Source: Polyangiales bacterium (GTDB lineage: Bacteria; Myxococcota_A; Polyangia; Polyangiales; Polyangiaceae). From it: a stretch of 64,000 nucleotides of DNA. The stretch lies in contig JBBRNJ010000001.1 of NCBI GenBank assembly GCA_038230375.1, positions 64,001 through 128,000 on the forward strand, written 5' to 3'. A program made the translations under genes and the position numbers. Below the pieces are notes generated by a model. That model was not told the origin of the DNA. It worked only from the letters and a program-made list of their open reading frames with translations, and made no database searches. Shown here piece by piece: positions 39,157 to 50,176 of this stretch. The number at the start of each line of letters is the position of its first letter. Position 1 is the first letter of the stretch.

Positions 39157-39591
39157 ATGACGGACCTCTCGCCCGGTCGCGCGCGCGCGTTGCGCATCGT
39201 TCGCGTCGGCCTTGGCGCGCTGATGTGTGGCGTGGGGCTGATGCACTTCGTGTCGCCTGGACCGTTCGCGGAGATCGTCCCCAGCTACCTCCCCTACCCG
39301 CAGCTCCTCGTGGCGGTGAGCGGCGTGTTCGAGATCGCGCTGGGCGCGGGGCTCTTCCTGCCGCGAACACGCAGGCTCGCGTCGCTAGGTCTCGTACTGC
39401 TCTACGTCGCGGTCTTCCCGGCGAACATCTACATGGCGATGCACCACATCCAGCCAGGCGGCGTCTCCATGCCGGAATGGGCGGGGTGGGCGCGCCTGCC
39501 CTTCCAGGCCGTGTTCATCGCGCTCGCCATCGCCGCAGGCCGCGATCGCACGGGCCGAACGGGCGCTGCGATACCATCAACGACGTCGTGA
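39157..39591 (+). CDS. DoxX-like membrane protein
   Basis: G.MHF, IVP.YLP, SGVFEI, VFPANIYMA, RLPFQ. Confidence 0.85.
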   Translation: MTDLSPGRARALRIVRVGLGALMCGVGLMHFVSPGPFAEIVPSYLPYPQLLVAVSGVFEIALGAGLFLPRTRRLASLGLVLLYVAVFPANIYMAMHHIQPGGVSMPEWAGWARLPFQAVFIALAIAAGRDRTGRTGAAIPSTTS

Positions 39592-39594
39592 CCC

Positions 39595-40236
39595 CTAGCG
39601 GAAGTTCTGCACCGCCCAGACGCTTCCGTCGGCCAGTGTGTAGAAGCCGCACGACACCTGCGTGTAGCGCGCGGCCTTCATGTTCTCGTAGTGGCCACCG
39701 CCAGGTCCTTCGCCCCACATCATCTTGAGGCAAGAGGGGATCATGTCGCCCGCGGGGCCGGGCCAGCCCGGGCACTCGTTCTGGCCCATCTCGCTGCATG
39801 TGCCGAACGCGCCGTGCGCGGAGCCGGACTTGGAGTCACTCTGCGCCTGGCCGTCGGAGCATTTCTCCTCCGCGGTCCAGCGCGTGAGCGCGGGCGAGCC
39901 CACCGTCTTGCGGTACGCGTTGATCTGATCGACGCAGGTCTGCTCCGCCGAGCTCGGGCCGGGGTTGCCCGTGTTGCCGCTCGAGCCTGCGTCCGGAGCG
40001 CCGCTGCCGGCCGAACCAGAACCAGAGCCACCGGAACCAGAGGAGCCGGAGCCGGAGGAGCCTGACGAACCAGATGACGGTTCGCCGCCGCTCGCGCCGG
40101 GGTCGGTGCCCGTCTGCGATGTCGCGGGGCCGTAGCCGCGAGGCTGCAGCGTGCCGGGGTCGTCACTGCAGGCGATGAGGGTGAGGCTCATACCCAGGAG
40201 CGAGGCCAGGGGGAAGAAGAATTGTCCGAAGCGCAT
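39595..40236 (-). CDS. CAP/SCP domain lipoprotein 1
   Basis: Lipobox LIAC; G/S linker; INAYR, QNEC, GHYENM, WAVQNF. Confidence 0.85.
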   Translation of the reverse strand: MRFGQFFFPLASLLGMSLTLIACSDDPGTLQPRGYGPATSQTGTDPGASGGEPSSGSSGSSGSGSSGSGGSGSGSAGSGAPDAGSSGNTGNPGPSSAEQTCVDQINAYRKTVGSPALTRWTAEEKCSDGQAQSDSKSGSAHGAFGTCSEMGQNECPGWPGPAGDMIPSCLKMMWGEGPGGGHYENMKAARYTQVSCGFYTLADGSVWAVQNFR

Positions 40237-40401
40237 GTCGATCACTGTAACGACAGGGAGACACCGCGCCAGGAAGCGCATGATCTTCCACCATGGTCGA
40301 ACAATTGAAGAACGACCCATCACGCTCATTCGAGAAAATAAGGTGGATCACGTGATCCATGGCAACCCACGACCCAGACGAACGCACCTACCCGCGCGGG
40401 A

Positions 40402-40920
40402 TCATTTGAAGTCCTGGACGGCCCATACGGTGCCGTCGGGCAGCGTGTAGAAGCCGCAGGCAACCCACTGGTAGTTCGGGTTCTTCATGTTGTCGTAGTG
40501 GCCGCCGCCCGGTCCTTCGGCCCACATCATCTTGAGGCAGTCGCCGATCATCGCTCCGGGTGGGCCGGCCCAGCCGGGGCACTCGTCCTGCGCCATCTCG
40601 CCGCAGCGTCCGAACGCGCCGTGTGCCTTGCCGCTGCCCGAGTCGCTTCGTGATTCGCCAATGGCGCAGCTCTCTGCCACGCTCCATCGCAAGAGCGGTG
40701 GCGAGCCCACGGTCCTTCGATACGCATTGATGCCGTCGACGCACTCTTGCTCCGGTGAGCTTGCGCCCGCAGGCGTGGGCTGCGGCGCGAGCTGCGGTCG
40801 GTTCGGCTGCGCATAGTGCTGGGGCTGCGGTGGCGACTGCGGCCCCTGTTGCGTCGCCGGATCTTCTCCGCACGCGGCGAGCAAGACGCAGGAGATCACG
40901 GCGAACGAGACGGGCTTCAT
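40402..40920 (-). CDS. CAP/SCP domain lipoprotein 2
   Basis: Lipobox LAAC; P/Q linker; INAYR, GHYDNM, WAVQDF. Confidence 0.85.
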   Translation of the reverse strand: MKPVSFAVISCVLLAACGEDPATQQGPQSPPQPQHYAQPNRPQLAPQPTPAGASSPEQECVDGINAYRRTVGSPPLLRWSVAESCAIGESRSDSGSGKAHGAFGRCGEMAQDECPGWAGPPGAMIGDCLKMMWAEGPGGGHYDNMKNPNYQWVACGFYTLPDGTVWAVQDFK

Positions 40921-40931
40921 GATGGACGAGT

Positions 40932-41816
40932 CTACACGGCAGGCGGCAGACCGAGCAGCGCGCGTGCGGCGTGCATCTCTTCCGGGAGCGAGCAGTCGGC
41001 GAGGCGCGCACGGAAGATCTCCTCGCGCATGTCGACCGTGGCGTACTGCGCGGAGAGCGCGTCCGCGCGGCGCATCACCGTGACGACGAAGAGCGGCGGC
41101 TTGCCCTCCTTGCCGATGACCGACACGCGTCGCGTGCAGACAAGGCCGGCGGCGCGACCTGCGTCCAGCGCGCGGTCCTTCGGGAACGCGCCCGAGCACG
41201 CGACGAAGAGCCCGGTGGGCGAGAGCAGGCGCGCCGCGGTGAGCGCGTAGTCCTCGATGCCGCCGCGCGTCTCGAAGCAGCATGGTCCGCGCTGCACCTT
41301 CTCCGAAGGCGTGCCGTGGCCGAGCGGGATGTACGGTGGCGTGCCGGTGACCAGGTCGAACGTTGCTCCTTCGGGGAACATGGCCGGGTCGCGCAGATCG
41401 CCGAGCTGCACGGCGACGCGATCGTCCGCGCCGTTGTAGGCGACCGAGCGGCGCGCCATGGCAAGAGACATGTCCTGCGCCTCGACGCCGACCAGGCGGG
41501 CATCCGGGAACGCCCACGCCACGAACATGAGGACGGAGCCGATACCGCATCCCAGATCGCATGCAGTATGCATGTTTCTGCGTGCGCGCCCCTCCTCGAT
41601 CGCGACGACCGCGGTCATGAAGTCGTCGAGCGACCACTTGTGCCCGCGACGCTGCTGGAAGATGCGCCAGTCGCCGGAGAGGAATGACAGCACCTCGTCC
41701 GGGCGCGGCGAAAGATCTGCGCGGCCCTGGGCCCCCCGCGGCGGTGGACCTGCCGGGACCCAGCCACGCGGACGCTTTCGCGCTGCGCGATCGTCGGGAT
41801 CGTTGGAGAGCCTCAT
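40932..41816 (-). CDS. SAM-dependent methyltransferase (tRNA1Val m6A37 TrmN/YfiC-like)
   Basis: IFQ...GHKWSLD, DLGCGIG, GVEAQ, FDLVTGTPPY. Confidence 0.8.
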   Translation of the reverse strand: MRLSNDPDDRAARKRPRGWVPAGPPPRGAQGRADLSPRPDEVLSFLSGDWRIFQQRRGHKWSLDDFMTAVVAIEEGRARRNMHTACDLGCGIGSVLMFVAWAFPDARLVGVEAQDMSLAMARRSVAYNGADDRVAVQLGDLRDPAMFPEGATFDLVTGTPPYIPLGHGTPSEKVQRGPCCFETRGGIEDYALTAARLLSPTGLFVACSGAFPKDRALDAGRAAGLVCTRRVSVIGKEGKPPLFVVTVMRRADALSAQYATVDMREEIFRARLADCSLPEEMHAARALLGLPPAV

Positions 41817-41873
41817 CCGAAGGCAACGGAGATAGCACCGCGGCGCCCCGAGTTGTGCTTGATCTCGCCTTGC

Positions 41874-44054
41874 ATGACCATCCGAACGACCCCGCTCCCG
41901 ATGGCATACGGAAAACGCCCCGACGACCTGGACGTGCTCGCGCGGTCCCGTCTGCTCTCGCATCTCCCCATCAAGGAGGTATCGGAGTTCCTGGACCTGC
42001 TCGATCAGGTGGCACTGCCGCCGGGCACCGCGCTGCTCCGCGAGGGCGACGACGGCGACTGCATGTTCTTCGTGCTCGAGGGCGAGGCGCGGGTGCGGCG
42101 CGGGCAGCTCGAGCTCCGACACGTACATCCCGGAGACTATTTTGGTGAGCTCGCGATGCTGGGCGCGACCAAGCGTGCTGCCTCTGTCGAGTCACTCACG
42201 ACGATGCGCCTCGCGCGGCTCTCTCGCGCGCACTACCTCTTACTGGTGGCGAATCACCCTGGAATCGCCCTGCATTTCACGCAGGCGCTTGCAAGCGGCC
42301 TTGGCGAGGAGCTGGTCGCCATGACGGACAACGTGGGCCTGCTTGCGTATCAGCGGACGCTGCCGCGCCGGCTCGAGGCACACGTGAAGCGTGACAGCGA
42401 CACCATCGTCGTCTCGACGGGCACCATCGTGGGCACCATTCTCCCCAAGGAGGAGCACGGCTGGCAGGTCGTCGGCGCGACGATCGATCGCAAGCCCGCG
42501 TCGCTGGAGACCGCGGTGGTGGCAGACGTTGCCGTGTCGCCGCTCACGGTCGCAGACTGGGAAGGGCGCATGCTCATCCGGCGGAGCGCGGCGCTCGTCT
42601 TCCTCGAGGCAGCGCGCACGGCGGCACCGGACGTGACGCTGTGCATGGGGTCGCCCATCGAGAACGGCACGGTCGTGCGCGTGACGGGGCACGCGGACAC
42701 CACCGAGCTCGCGGAGCGAATCGGCCAGGAGGTCGCGCGCCTCTGTCGCGATGACGTGCCTCTGCGCGAAGAGGTGTGGCAGGTCGAGGAGGCCCGCTCG
42801 CTGCTGCTCGAGCGTGGGTTCTCCGATGCTGCGGCGTTGCTGCTCTCACGCCGGGAGGCGACGATCTCGCTTCTCACCTGCGGCGAGACCTTTGCGCTGG
42901 CGCTGGGCCCCGTTGTACCGCGCGCGTCGTTCCTGTCCGCGCTCTCGGTGCGTCCCCATCCCGAGGGATTGTTCCTGGATCTGGGCTCGGAGGTGCATCG
43001 CGCGCTGCCTGGAAAGGATGGCGCGCACGAGCCGAACGTGGACGTAGAGGTGCGGACGCCGCGCTATGGCGCACCGATGACCCACGCCAGCCGCGAGTGG
43101 TTGACGGAGATGAGCGTCACCGGCGTGGGCCGCTTCAACGAGTACTGCGTGTCCGGCAACGTCCAGGAGGTCATCCGCGTGGCAGAGGGCTTCCACGAGA
43201 AATGGATCGGCCGCATCGCGGATCTCATCACGGAGCGCAAGAGCACGGTCAAGGTGGTGGTGATCGCCGGCCCATCGTCTTCCGGAAAGACCACCTTCAT
43301 CAAGCGACTCACGGTGCAGCTCCTTGTGAACGGCATTCGCCCGAAGAACGTGTCGCTCGACGACTACTACGTCGACCGCGAGAAGAACGTGAAGGACGAG
43401 AAGGGCGAGTACGACTTCGAGGCGTTCGAGGCAATGGACACGAACGCCCTGAAATCCCAGCTATCGCGCCTCTTCACGGGCGCGATGGTGAGCACGTCGC
43501 GCTACGACTTCAAGGCAGGAAAGAGCTACCCCGACGGCGGCGAGACGCTCTCGCTGGGCACGGGCGAGGTGCTGCTTCTCGAGGGCATCCACGGCATGAA
43601 CCCCGACCTCATCGGCGATGCGGTTCCGGCACAGGCCGTGTTCCGGATCTTCGTGCATCCGGCGACCACCCTGGCGTTCGACAAGGCTGGGGTGCTCGCA
43701 CCTGACGACGTGCGGCTCATCCGCCGCATCGTGCGCGACCGCCACACGCGGAACAACACGGCCGCAGATACCATCATGCGCTGGCCGTCGGTGCGGCGCG
43801 GCGAGCTGCTGCACATCTATCCGTTCCTGCCGAACGCGGACGTCGTGTTCGACTCCGCGCTCGTGTACGAGCTCAGCGTGCTGAAGACGTATGCAGAGCG
43901 CTACCTGCTCGAGGTCCCCCCCACGCATCCGGCGTTCACGACGGCGTTCCGCCTGCGGCAGCTGATCGATCAGTTCGTGGCGATCTACCCTGATCACGTG
44001 CCGCCCACGTCGGTTCTGCGCGAGTTCATCGGCGGCAGCGGCTTCGAATACTGA
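41874..44054 (+). CDS. cNMP-binding domain + ThrRS N-terminal-like domain + uridine kinase/PRK-family P-loop kinase fusion
   Basis: YFGELAML..KRAASV; RRSAALVF...EEA...LGPVVP; IAGPSSSGKTT, SLDDYY, LLEGIHG, RRIVRD, RWPSVRRGE; start 41874 or 41901. Confidence 0.88.
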   Translation: MTIRTTPLPMAYGKRPDDLDVLARSRLLSHLPIKEVSEFLDLLDQVALPPGTALLREGDDGDCMFFVLEGEARVRRGQLELRHVHPGDYFGELAMLGATKRAASVESLTTMRLARLSRAHYLLLVANHPGIALHFTQALASGLGEELVAMTDNVGLLAYQRTLPRRLEAHVKRDSDTIVVSTGTIVGTILPKEEHGWQVVGATIDRKPASLETAVVADVAVSPLTVADWEGRMLIRRSAALVFLEAARTAAPDVTLCMGSPIENGTVVRVTGHADTTELAERIGQEVARLCRDDVPLREEVWQVEEARSLLLERGFSDAAALLLSRREATISLLTCGETFALALGPVVPRASFLSALSVRPHPEGLFLDLGSEVHRALPGKDGAHEPNVDVEVRTPRYGAPMTHASREWLTEMSVTGVGRFNEYCVSGNVQEVIRVAEGFHEKWIGRIADLITERKSTVKVVVIAGPSSSGKTTFIKRLTVQLLVNGIRPKNVSLDDYYVDREKNVKDEKGEYDFEAFEAMDTNALKSQLSRLFTGAMVSTSRYDFKAGKSYPDGGETLSLGTGEVLLLEGIHGMNPDLIGDAVPAQAVFRIFVHPATTLAFDKAGVLAPDDVRLIRRIVRDRHTRNNTAADTIMRWPSVRRGELLHIYPFLPNADVVFDSALVYELSVLKTYAERYLLEVPPTHPAFTTAFRLRQLIDQFVAIYPDHVPPTSVLREFIGGSGFEY

Positions 44055-44124
44055 GGCAAGACGCAGCACCTGCACGGTGGCGTGCATGGTTTTCGAGATC
44101 CCGCGATATACGTTGGCCGCACGC

Positions 44125-45294
44125 ATGGCTGAAGACGGAAGCTATCTCCTGACGGTCAACACCGGCTCGTCCAGCCTGAAGGCGGCGGTGTACCCGTGGG
44201 ACCTTGGCGCGCCTGTGCTTCACGTGAATGTGTCGCGCCTTGGTGATGGTGACGCCAGCGTCCAGGTGGACGGCGCACGCGTGACGCCAGCAGCACGCGT
44301 CACCACGCACGGGGAGGCCGTGGATGCGGTGCTCGCGCTGCTCTCCAGGAGGGCGCTACGCATCAGCGGCGTGGGGCATAGGCTGGTTCACGGCGGACCC
44401 ATGCTGACTGCGCCGCTGCTCCTGACGCCACACGTGCGCGCCGAGCTCGCCGGGTGCGTGACGCTTGCGCCGCTTCACCTGCCGCAGGCGCTGCTTGCGA
44501 TCGATCACCTTTCCGACTCGCTGCCCGACCTTCCGCAGGTCGCGTGCTTCGATACGGCGTTTCACGCAACGCTGCCAGCACACGCCTACACGCTCGCGCT
44601 GCCGTACGCCTTCGCGGAGCTCGGGATCCGCCGGTACGGCTTCCACGGACTCTCGTACGAGTACATCGTCACGAAGCTGCGCGAGCTCGACCCGGTGAAC
44701 GTCGGCGGGCGCGCGGTGGTCCTGCACCTGGGCAACGGCGCGAGCATGGCCGCCATCGCGCGCGGCGTCTCCATTGACACCAGCATGGGCATGACGCCCA
44801 CCGGCGGCATCGTCATGGGTACGCGCTCCGGCGATCTCGATCCGGGCGTGATCCAGCACCTGCTCGCGCGCGGCCTGGTGAAGAGCGCGGACGATCTACA
44901 GACGCTGCTCACGCAGAAATCGGGGCTCTACGGCGTGTCCGGCGTGGGCTCCGACATGCGCGATCTGCTTGCGCGACGCAGCGATCCGCGCGCGCGCCTC
45001 GCGGTGGAGATGTTCACCTACCAGGCGAAGAAGCAGCTGGGCGCATACGCCGCGGCGCTCTCTGGACTGGAGACTGTCGTGTTCACGGGCGGCATTGGCG
45101 AGCACGCGGCCGCCATCCGCGAGGAGATCTGCTCGGGGCTCGAGTTCCTGGGTGTGACGCTCGACCTGGACGCCAACGCGAAGAGCGCGCCGGTCGTATC
45201 CACGAAGGGCGCGCGAGTGACCGTGAGGGTCATTCAGACCGACGAAGATTCGATGATCGCAACGCACACCGCTCGCCTCTTGAGGAAGCCATGA
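44125..45294 (+). CDS. ackA: Acetate kinase
   Basis: [55 protein letters not shown]. Confidence 0.95.
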   Translation: MAEDGSYLLTVNTGSSSLKAAVYPWDLGAPVLHVNVSRLGDGDASVQVDGARVTPAARVTTHGEAVDAVLALLSRRALRISGVGHRLVHGGPMLTAPLLLTPHVRAELAGCVTLAPLHLPQALLAIDHLSDSLPDLPQVACFDTAFHATLPAHAYTLALPYAFAELGIRRYGFHGLSYEYIVTKLRELDPVNVGGRAVVLHLGNGASMAAIARGVSIDTSMGMTPTGGIVMGTRSGDLDPGVIQHLLARGLVKSADDLQTLLTQKSGLYGVSGVGSDMRDLLARRSDPRARLAVEMFTYQAKKQLGAYAAALSGLETVVFTGGIGEHAAAIREEICSGLEFLGVTLDLDANAKSAPVVSTKGARVTVRVIQTDEDSMIATHTARLLRKP

Positions 45295-47732
45295 CCACGA
45301 CAATCTCGAACGACGGACAGGCGAAGAACATGAGCGGCAAGACCGGCAAAGGGCCGCTGAGCCCCGAGACGCTGGAGCGCATGCAGCGCTACTTCTCCGC
45401 GGCGAACTACCTCTCCGTGGGGCAGATCTACCTCCTTGCCAACGCGCTCATGAAGGAGCCGCTCCGTCACGAGCACATCAAGCCGCGCCTGCTCGGGCAC
45501 TGGGGAACCACGCCCGGACTGAACTTCCTGTTCGTGCACCTGAACCGCATCATCAGGGAGCGCGATGCGAACATGATCTACATCATCGGCCCGGGACACG
45601 GCGGGCCCGCGGCGGTGGCGAACGCGTACCTGGAGGGCACGTACAGCGAGGTGTACCCGAACATCTCCCAGGACGAGGAAGGCATCCACCACCTCTTCCG
45701 GCAGTTCTCCTTTCCGGGCGGTATCCCCAGTCACGTCTCGCCCGAGACGCCAGGCTCCATCCATGAGGGCGGCGAGCTGGGCTACGCGCTCTCGCATGCG
45801 TACGGCGCTGCGTTCGACAATCCCGATCTCGTGGTCGCTGCGGTCGTGGGCGATGGTGAGGCGGAGACGGGGCCGCTCGCGACCAGCTGGCACTCGAACA
45901 AGTTCTTGAACCCGAAGACGGACGGCGCGGTGCTGCCGATCCTTCATCTGAATGGCTACAAGATCGCCGGGCCCACGGTCCTTGCGCGCATCACCAACGA
46001 GGAGCTGGAGCAGCTGTTCCGCGGCTACGGCTACGTGCCGCATTTCGTGGAGGGCAACGAGCCGTACGAGCGGCATCTGGATCCGCGCACGATGCACCAG
46101 AAGCTCGCTGCCACGCTGGACACGTGCATGGACGACATCAAGAAGATCCAGGAGCGCGCGCGCACGGGCGGCGTGACCGAGCGGCCGCGATGGCCGATGA
46201 TCATCTTCCGCACGCCGAAGGGCTGGACCGGACCCGACATGGTGGACGGCAAGCCGGTGGAGGGCTCGTGGCGCTCACACCAGGTGCCGCTCTCCGAGAC
46301 GAAGAGCGAAGAGCACATGGCGCAGCTGGAGAAGTGGCTGCGCAGCTACGAGCCGGAGAAGCTCTTCGACGCGAACGGGAAGCTTGCCGCGGAGCTCGCG
46401 GAGCTTGCGCCGAAGGGCACGCGTCGCATGAGCGCGAACCCGCACGCGAACGGCGGCCTCCTGCTGCGCGATCTACGCTTGCCCGATTTCCGCGACTACG
46501 CCGTGCACGTGCCGACACCGGGAGCGGTGGACGCAGAGGCCACGCGTATCCAGGGCAACTACATGCGCGATGTGATGGCGAAGAACATGGAGAGCGCGAA
46601 CTTCCGCGTCTTCTCCCCCGACGAGACCGCGTCCAACCGCTGGGGCGCGCTGTTCGAGAAGACGGATCGCTGCTCCGTAGCCACGCACATCCCCGACGAC
46701 TCGAACGTGGCGCCGAACGGCCGCGTGATGGAGATGCTGAGCGAGCACCAGTGCCAGGGCTGGCTCGAGGGTTACCTGCTCACGGGCCGCCACGGCTTCT
46801 TCTCTTGCTACGAGGCGTTCATCCACATCATCGACTCGATGCTCAACCAGCATGCGAAGTGGCTGAAGGTGACGCGCCACATTCCATGGCGACGGCCCAT
46901 TGCGTCACTGAACTACCTGCTCACGTCGCACGTGTGGCGGCAGGACCACAATGGCTTCTCGCACCAGGATCCGGGCTTCATCGATCACGTGGTGAACAAG
47001 AAGTCGGAGATCATCCGCGTGTATCTGCCGCCGGACGCGAACACGCTCTTGTCCGTGACGGATCACTGCCTGCGAAGCCGCGACTACGTGAACGTGGTGG
47101 TCGCAGGGAAGCAGCCCGCGCCGCAGTGGCTCACGATGGACCAGGCGATCGCGCACTGTACGAGCGGCATCGGCATCTGGGAGTGGGCGTCGAACGACGA
47201 GGGCAGCGAGCCTGACGTGGTGATGGCGTGCGCGGGAGACGTGCCCACGCTGGAGACGCTGGCCGCGGTGGAGATCCTTCGCGCGCGATTGCCAGAGCTG
47301 AAGGTGCGCGTCGTCAACGTCGTGGACCTGATGCGACTGCAGCCGGCGAGCGAGCATCCGCACGGGCTCTCGGACAACGATTTCGACGTGCTGTTCACGA
47401 AGGACAAGCCGGTGATCTTCGCGTTCCACGGGTACCCGTGGCTCATTCACAGGCTGACGTATCGCCGCACGAACCACGAGAACATCCACGTGCGCGGCTA
47501 CAAGGAAGAGGGCACGACGACCACGCCGTTCGACATGGTGGTGCTGAACGATCTCGATCGGTATCACCTGGTGGGCGACGTGATCGACCGGCTGCCTGCG
47601 CTCGGCGCGCGCGCGGCGTACCAGAAGCAGTGGCTGCGCGACAAGCTCACGAAGCACAAGCAGTACATCCGCGAGCACGGGGATGATCTGCCGGAGATCC
47701 GGGAATGGAGATGGGGACTGGGGAAGAAGTGA
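45291..47732 (+). CDS. xfp: Xylulose-5-P/fructose-6-P phosphoketolase
   Basis: [55 protein letters not shown] overlap with ackA. Confidence 0.97.
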   Translation: MTTTISNDGQAKNMSGKTGKGPLSPETLERMQRYFSAANYLSVGQIYLLANALMKEPLRHEHIKPRLLGHWGTTPGLNFLFVHLNRIIRERDANMIYIIGPGHGGPAAVANAYLEGTYSEVYPNISQDEEGIHHLFRQFSFPGGIPSHVSPETPGSIHEGGELGYALSHAYGAAFDNPDLVVAAVVGDGEAETGPLATSWHSNKFLNPKTDGAVLPILHLNGYKIAGPTVLARITNEELEQLFRGYGYVPHFVEGNEPYERHLDPRTMHQKLAATLDTCMDDIKKIQERARTGGVTERPRWPMIIFRTPKGWTGPDMVDGKPVEGSWRSHQVPLSETKSEEHMAQLEKWLRSYEPEKLFDANGKLAAELAELAPKGTRRMSANPHANGGLLLRDLRLPDFRDYAVHVPTPGAVDAEATRIQGNYMRDVMAKNMESANFRVFSPDETASNRWGALFEKTDRCSVATHIPDDSNVAPNGRVMEMLSEHQCQGWLEGYLLTGRHGFFSCYEAFIHIIDSMLNQHAKWLKVTRHIPWRRPIASLNYLLTSHVWRQDHNGFSHQDPGFIDHVVNKKSEIIRVYLPPDANTLLSVTDHCLRSRDYVNVVVAGKQPAPQWLTMDQAIAHCTSGIGIWEWASNDEGSEPDVVMACAGDVPTLETLAAVEILRARLPELKVRVVNVVDLMRLQPASEHPHGLSDNDFDVLFTKDKPVIFAFHGYPWLIHRLTYRRTNHENIHVRGYKEEGTTTTPFDMVVLNDLDRYHLVGDVIDRLPALGARAAYQKQWLRDKLTKHKQYIREHGDDLPEIREWRWGLGKK

Positions 47733-47906
47733 GAGGCGAAGAGAGGGGAAGGGCGGGATTGAGGTGGAGGGGAGTCGTGTCATGCTTCCGTGGCACCGCC
47801 ACTCTGCGACCCTGGACTCCTATCTGCCCGGACCCGCCCGACGCGCAGACGATCCAGCTCACGTGCTACGAAAGTGTCCCCGCGTCGGGGCCCTGCAGTC
47901 TCTGAG

Positions 47907-47930
47907 CGACCTGGACTTCGACTTCGACCT
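47907..47930 (+). repeat. CGACYT hexamer tract
   Basis: cgacct ggactt cgactt cgacct. Confidence 0.55.
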
Positions 47931-48014
47931 TCACTGAACGCGCGTCATCATCCTCATACAGAGACCACACTGACCCACGTGACGAGGGGCTCTGCGTCGT
48001 CGTATTCTGGGCAG

Positions 48015-48875
48015 GTGGGGACGCGGTCGAATTTGTGCGGGGTGATCGCTCTTGGCGCGCTTGCGGCAAGCGTCATTGCTTGCGGCCACAGCGCAACTAG
48101 CGTCGTGGCGGGCGTTGCTCCGATCGCTCCTGCGGCCATCGCGTCTGTGGTGCCGCGGCCGCCGCCTTCTCCTGAGCGACCTGTGCCGGTGCCAACCGCG
48201 CGCGCGATGATGGCTCCCAACGTCCCCGAGGAGCTGGCGCTGCCTGTCCGTGATCCGCGCTTCTACAAGCGCCCGCATCGGCCCGCCACGCTCATCACGC
48301 ATCAGATCAACGTGCTCAGTCTTTCGCTTCCAGCGCCGGAGCTCCCGGGCGGAATCGATCCCGAGGTCCTGATCGAGCTCGCGACCGCATACGCGGAGCT
48401 CGCGCGTGTGACGCCCACGTCGACCGCAGAGCACGACACCGCACGGGCGGACGCACGCGCGGCATACATGCGCTACGGAGGCATCGTGCCGCCATCGGAT
48501 GGCGCGGAGTCAGCGGCATACTTCGTAGCGCTCGAGTACGAGCTCGATGGTGATCGCGCAGTCGCCCGAGCGGCCTATCAGGCGATGCTCACGCAGACAC
48601 CCGCTGCGTGGACGGCACCGTACTGCCACGTAGGTCTCGCCGAGCTCATTCTCCACGAGGCGAATGGCGACGCGATCGCGCGCGAGCAAGCGCTCGTCCA
48701 CTACGAGGCGGCGCTGAAGCAGCTGCGGCGCGATCAGGATCTCTATCCGTTCGCCATTCTGAGGATCGGGCAATCACAGCTCGCACTGGGCGACACGAAG
48801 GCAGGAACACGAACGCTGGAGCGCCTCGCCCGCGAGTTCCCGAAGTCGGAAGCGACGCGCATGGCGAACCCGTAG
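48015..48875 (+). CDS. TPR-containing lipoprotein
   Basis: GTG 48015; lipobox VIAC; TPR helices ending LAREFPKSEA. Confidence 0.7.
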   Translation: MGTRSNLCGVIALGALAASVIACGHSATSVVAGVAPIAPAAIASVVPRPPPSPERPVPVPTARAMMAPNVPEELALPVRDPRFYKRPHRPATLITHQINVLSLSLPAPELPGGIDPEVLIELATAYAELARVTPTSTAEHDTARADARAAYMRYGGIVPPSDGAESAAYFVALEYELDGDRAVARAAYQAMLTQTPAAWTAPYCHVGLAELILHEANGDAIAREQALVHYEAALKQLRRDQDLYPFAILRIGQSQLALGDTKAGTRTLERLAREFPKSEATRMANP

Positions 48876-48882
48876 CCGCCTT

Positions 48883-48941
48883 CGACCCGACCTCGACTTC
48901 GACCTTGACCTCGACCTCAACCTCCACCCCTCCCTCGACCT
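48883..48941 (+). repeat. CGACCT-type hexamer tract
   Basis: cgacct cgactt cgacct tgacct cgacct caacct just after the stop at 48875. Confidence 0.7.
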
Positions 48942-49085
48942 CCATCCCTCCCCTTTCCGAGCTCAGCCTTCGGAGAAACACGATCGGAACGGCAGCCTTT
49001 TTATCGCAGAGTACGTATTTTGCGACGCCCGGAAAGGTGGGGCGATTTTCTGAAATTTCGGCGTGGGCTGGAACGACATGGGGTG

Positions 49086-49295
49086 ATGAAGTTCCTCGTC
49101 TGGTGCCTGCTGTTCGTCGTGTGCTGGCCGCTCGCGCTCGTGGCGCTCGTGGTCTACCCGATCGTGTGGCTCGTGCTGTTGCCGTTCCGACTGATCGGCT
49201 TCACGGTGCGCACGGTGCTCGATCTCGTGTGGTCGATCGTCACGTTGCCGTTGCGCATCCTCACGCCGCGGCGTCGGTTCCACTTGATGGCCTGA
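49086..49295 (+). CDS. Small hydrophobic membrane protein
   Basis: MKFLVWCLLFVVCWPLAL..LLPFRL..LPLRIL; GC3 bias. Confidence 0.75.
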   Translation: MKFLVWCLLFVVCWPLALVALVVYPIVWLVLLPFRLIGFTVRTVLDLVWSIVTLPLRILTPRRRFHLMA

Positions 49296-49310
49296 CGCGA
49301 CTCGGCCAAC

Positions 49311-50141
49311 TCAGCTGAGCATGGCGGCGTGACCTCTGCGCAGCGCTCGCTCCCACTTCGCGCTCGCGCTCTCGCCGGGTGTGCCCGCGCGCGTTAGCTC
49401 TCCGCAGATCGCGGCGGTCATAGCATCGCCCGCGCCTTGTTTGTCCGCTGGCAACGGCTTCGGCGGGACGAACGCGACCTCTCCGAACGGGCCCGTTGCG
49501 ACCGCTCCGCCTCTGGCGTCACTCATCACGAGCGTCGCGCCCTTGCGAAGCGCCTTCCGCACGCTCTCCGCGTTCATGCCGATCACCGCAAGGTCTGCGA
49601 CGCTGCAGCGCGCGACGTCCACCTCGCGCAACACCATCTGGATGGTCCGCGGATCGCGTCCGACCCACAGGTGCAGGCTCGCATTGAAGTCGATCACCAC
49701 CAGCGTACCTTCGCGACGCGCGCGACGCGCAGCCTTGCACAGCGCCGCCGCCTGGGAGACCACGGGCGACAGGCCCGACAACAGCAGCACCTGCGAGGAC
49801 CAAGCGGCGGGCACCTCGAGAGGGCGCGGCTCATCCACGTCCGGTGACAGGGACGCAGGCAGCTGCGAGGCCGAGCCCGTTGCGTCCACGAGAAGTAGAC
49901 CCGCACGCGGCCTCGTGAGCGTGACCCCTCCGACATCCACGCCCGTCGCCGCGATCCGCTCGACGGCCATGCGGCCCTGCGCATCGTCCGTGACGACGGT
50001 CGCAAGCCCGACGCGACGCCCCTCCCGAGCAAGAGCAACCGCCACGTTCACGGCGCCGCCACCGGGACGGAGCCCGCGACCTGCGAGCTTCCATTGCGGT
50101 TCGCCAGTACAGATCACGTCGAAGCTCTTCGGCGCATGCAT
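49311..50141 (-). CDS. PfkB-family carbohydrate kinase
   Basis: PGGGAVNVA..LAR, IDFN, DKQGAGDA. Confidence 0.8.
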   Translation of the reverse strand: MHAPKSFDVICTGEPQWKLAGRGLRPGGGAVNVAVALAREGRRVGLATVVTDDAQGRMAVERIAATGVDVGGVTLTRPRAGLLLVDATGSASQLPASLSPDVDEPRPLEVPAAWSSQVLLLSGLSPVVSQAAALCKAARRARREGTLVVIDFNASLHLWVGRDPRTIQMVLREVDVARCSVADLAVIGMNAESVRKALRKGATLVMSDARGGAVATGPFGEVAFVPPKPLPADKQGAGDAMTAAICGELTRAGTPGESASAKWERALRRGHAAMLS

Positions 50142-50176
50142 ACACAGAGTTTACACCGGGATTTCGACGGCGCCTT

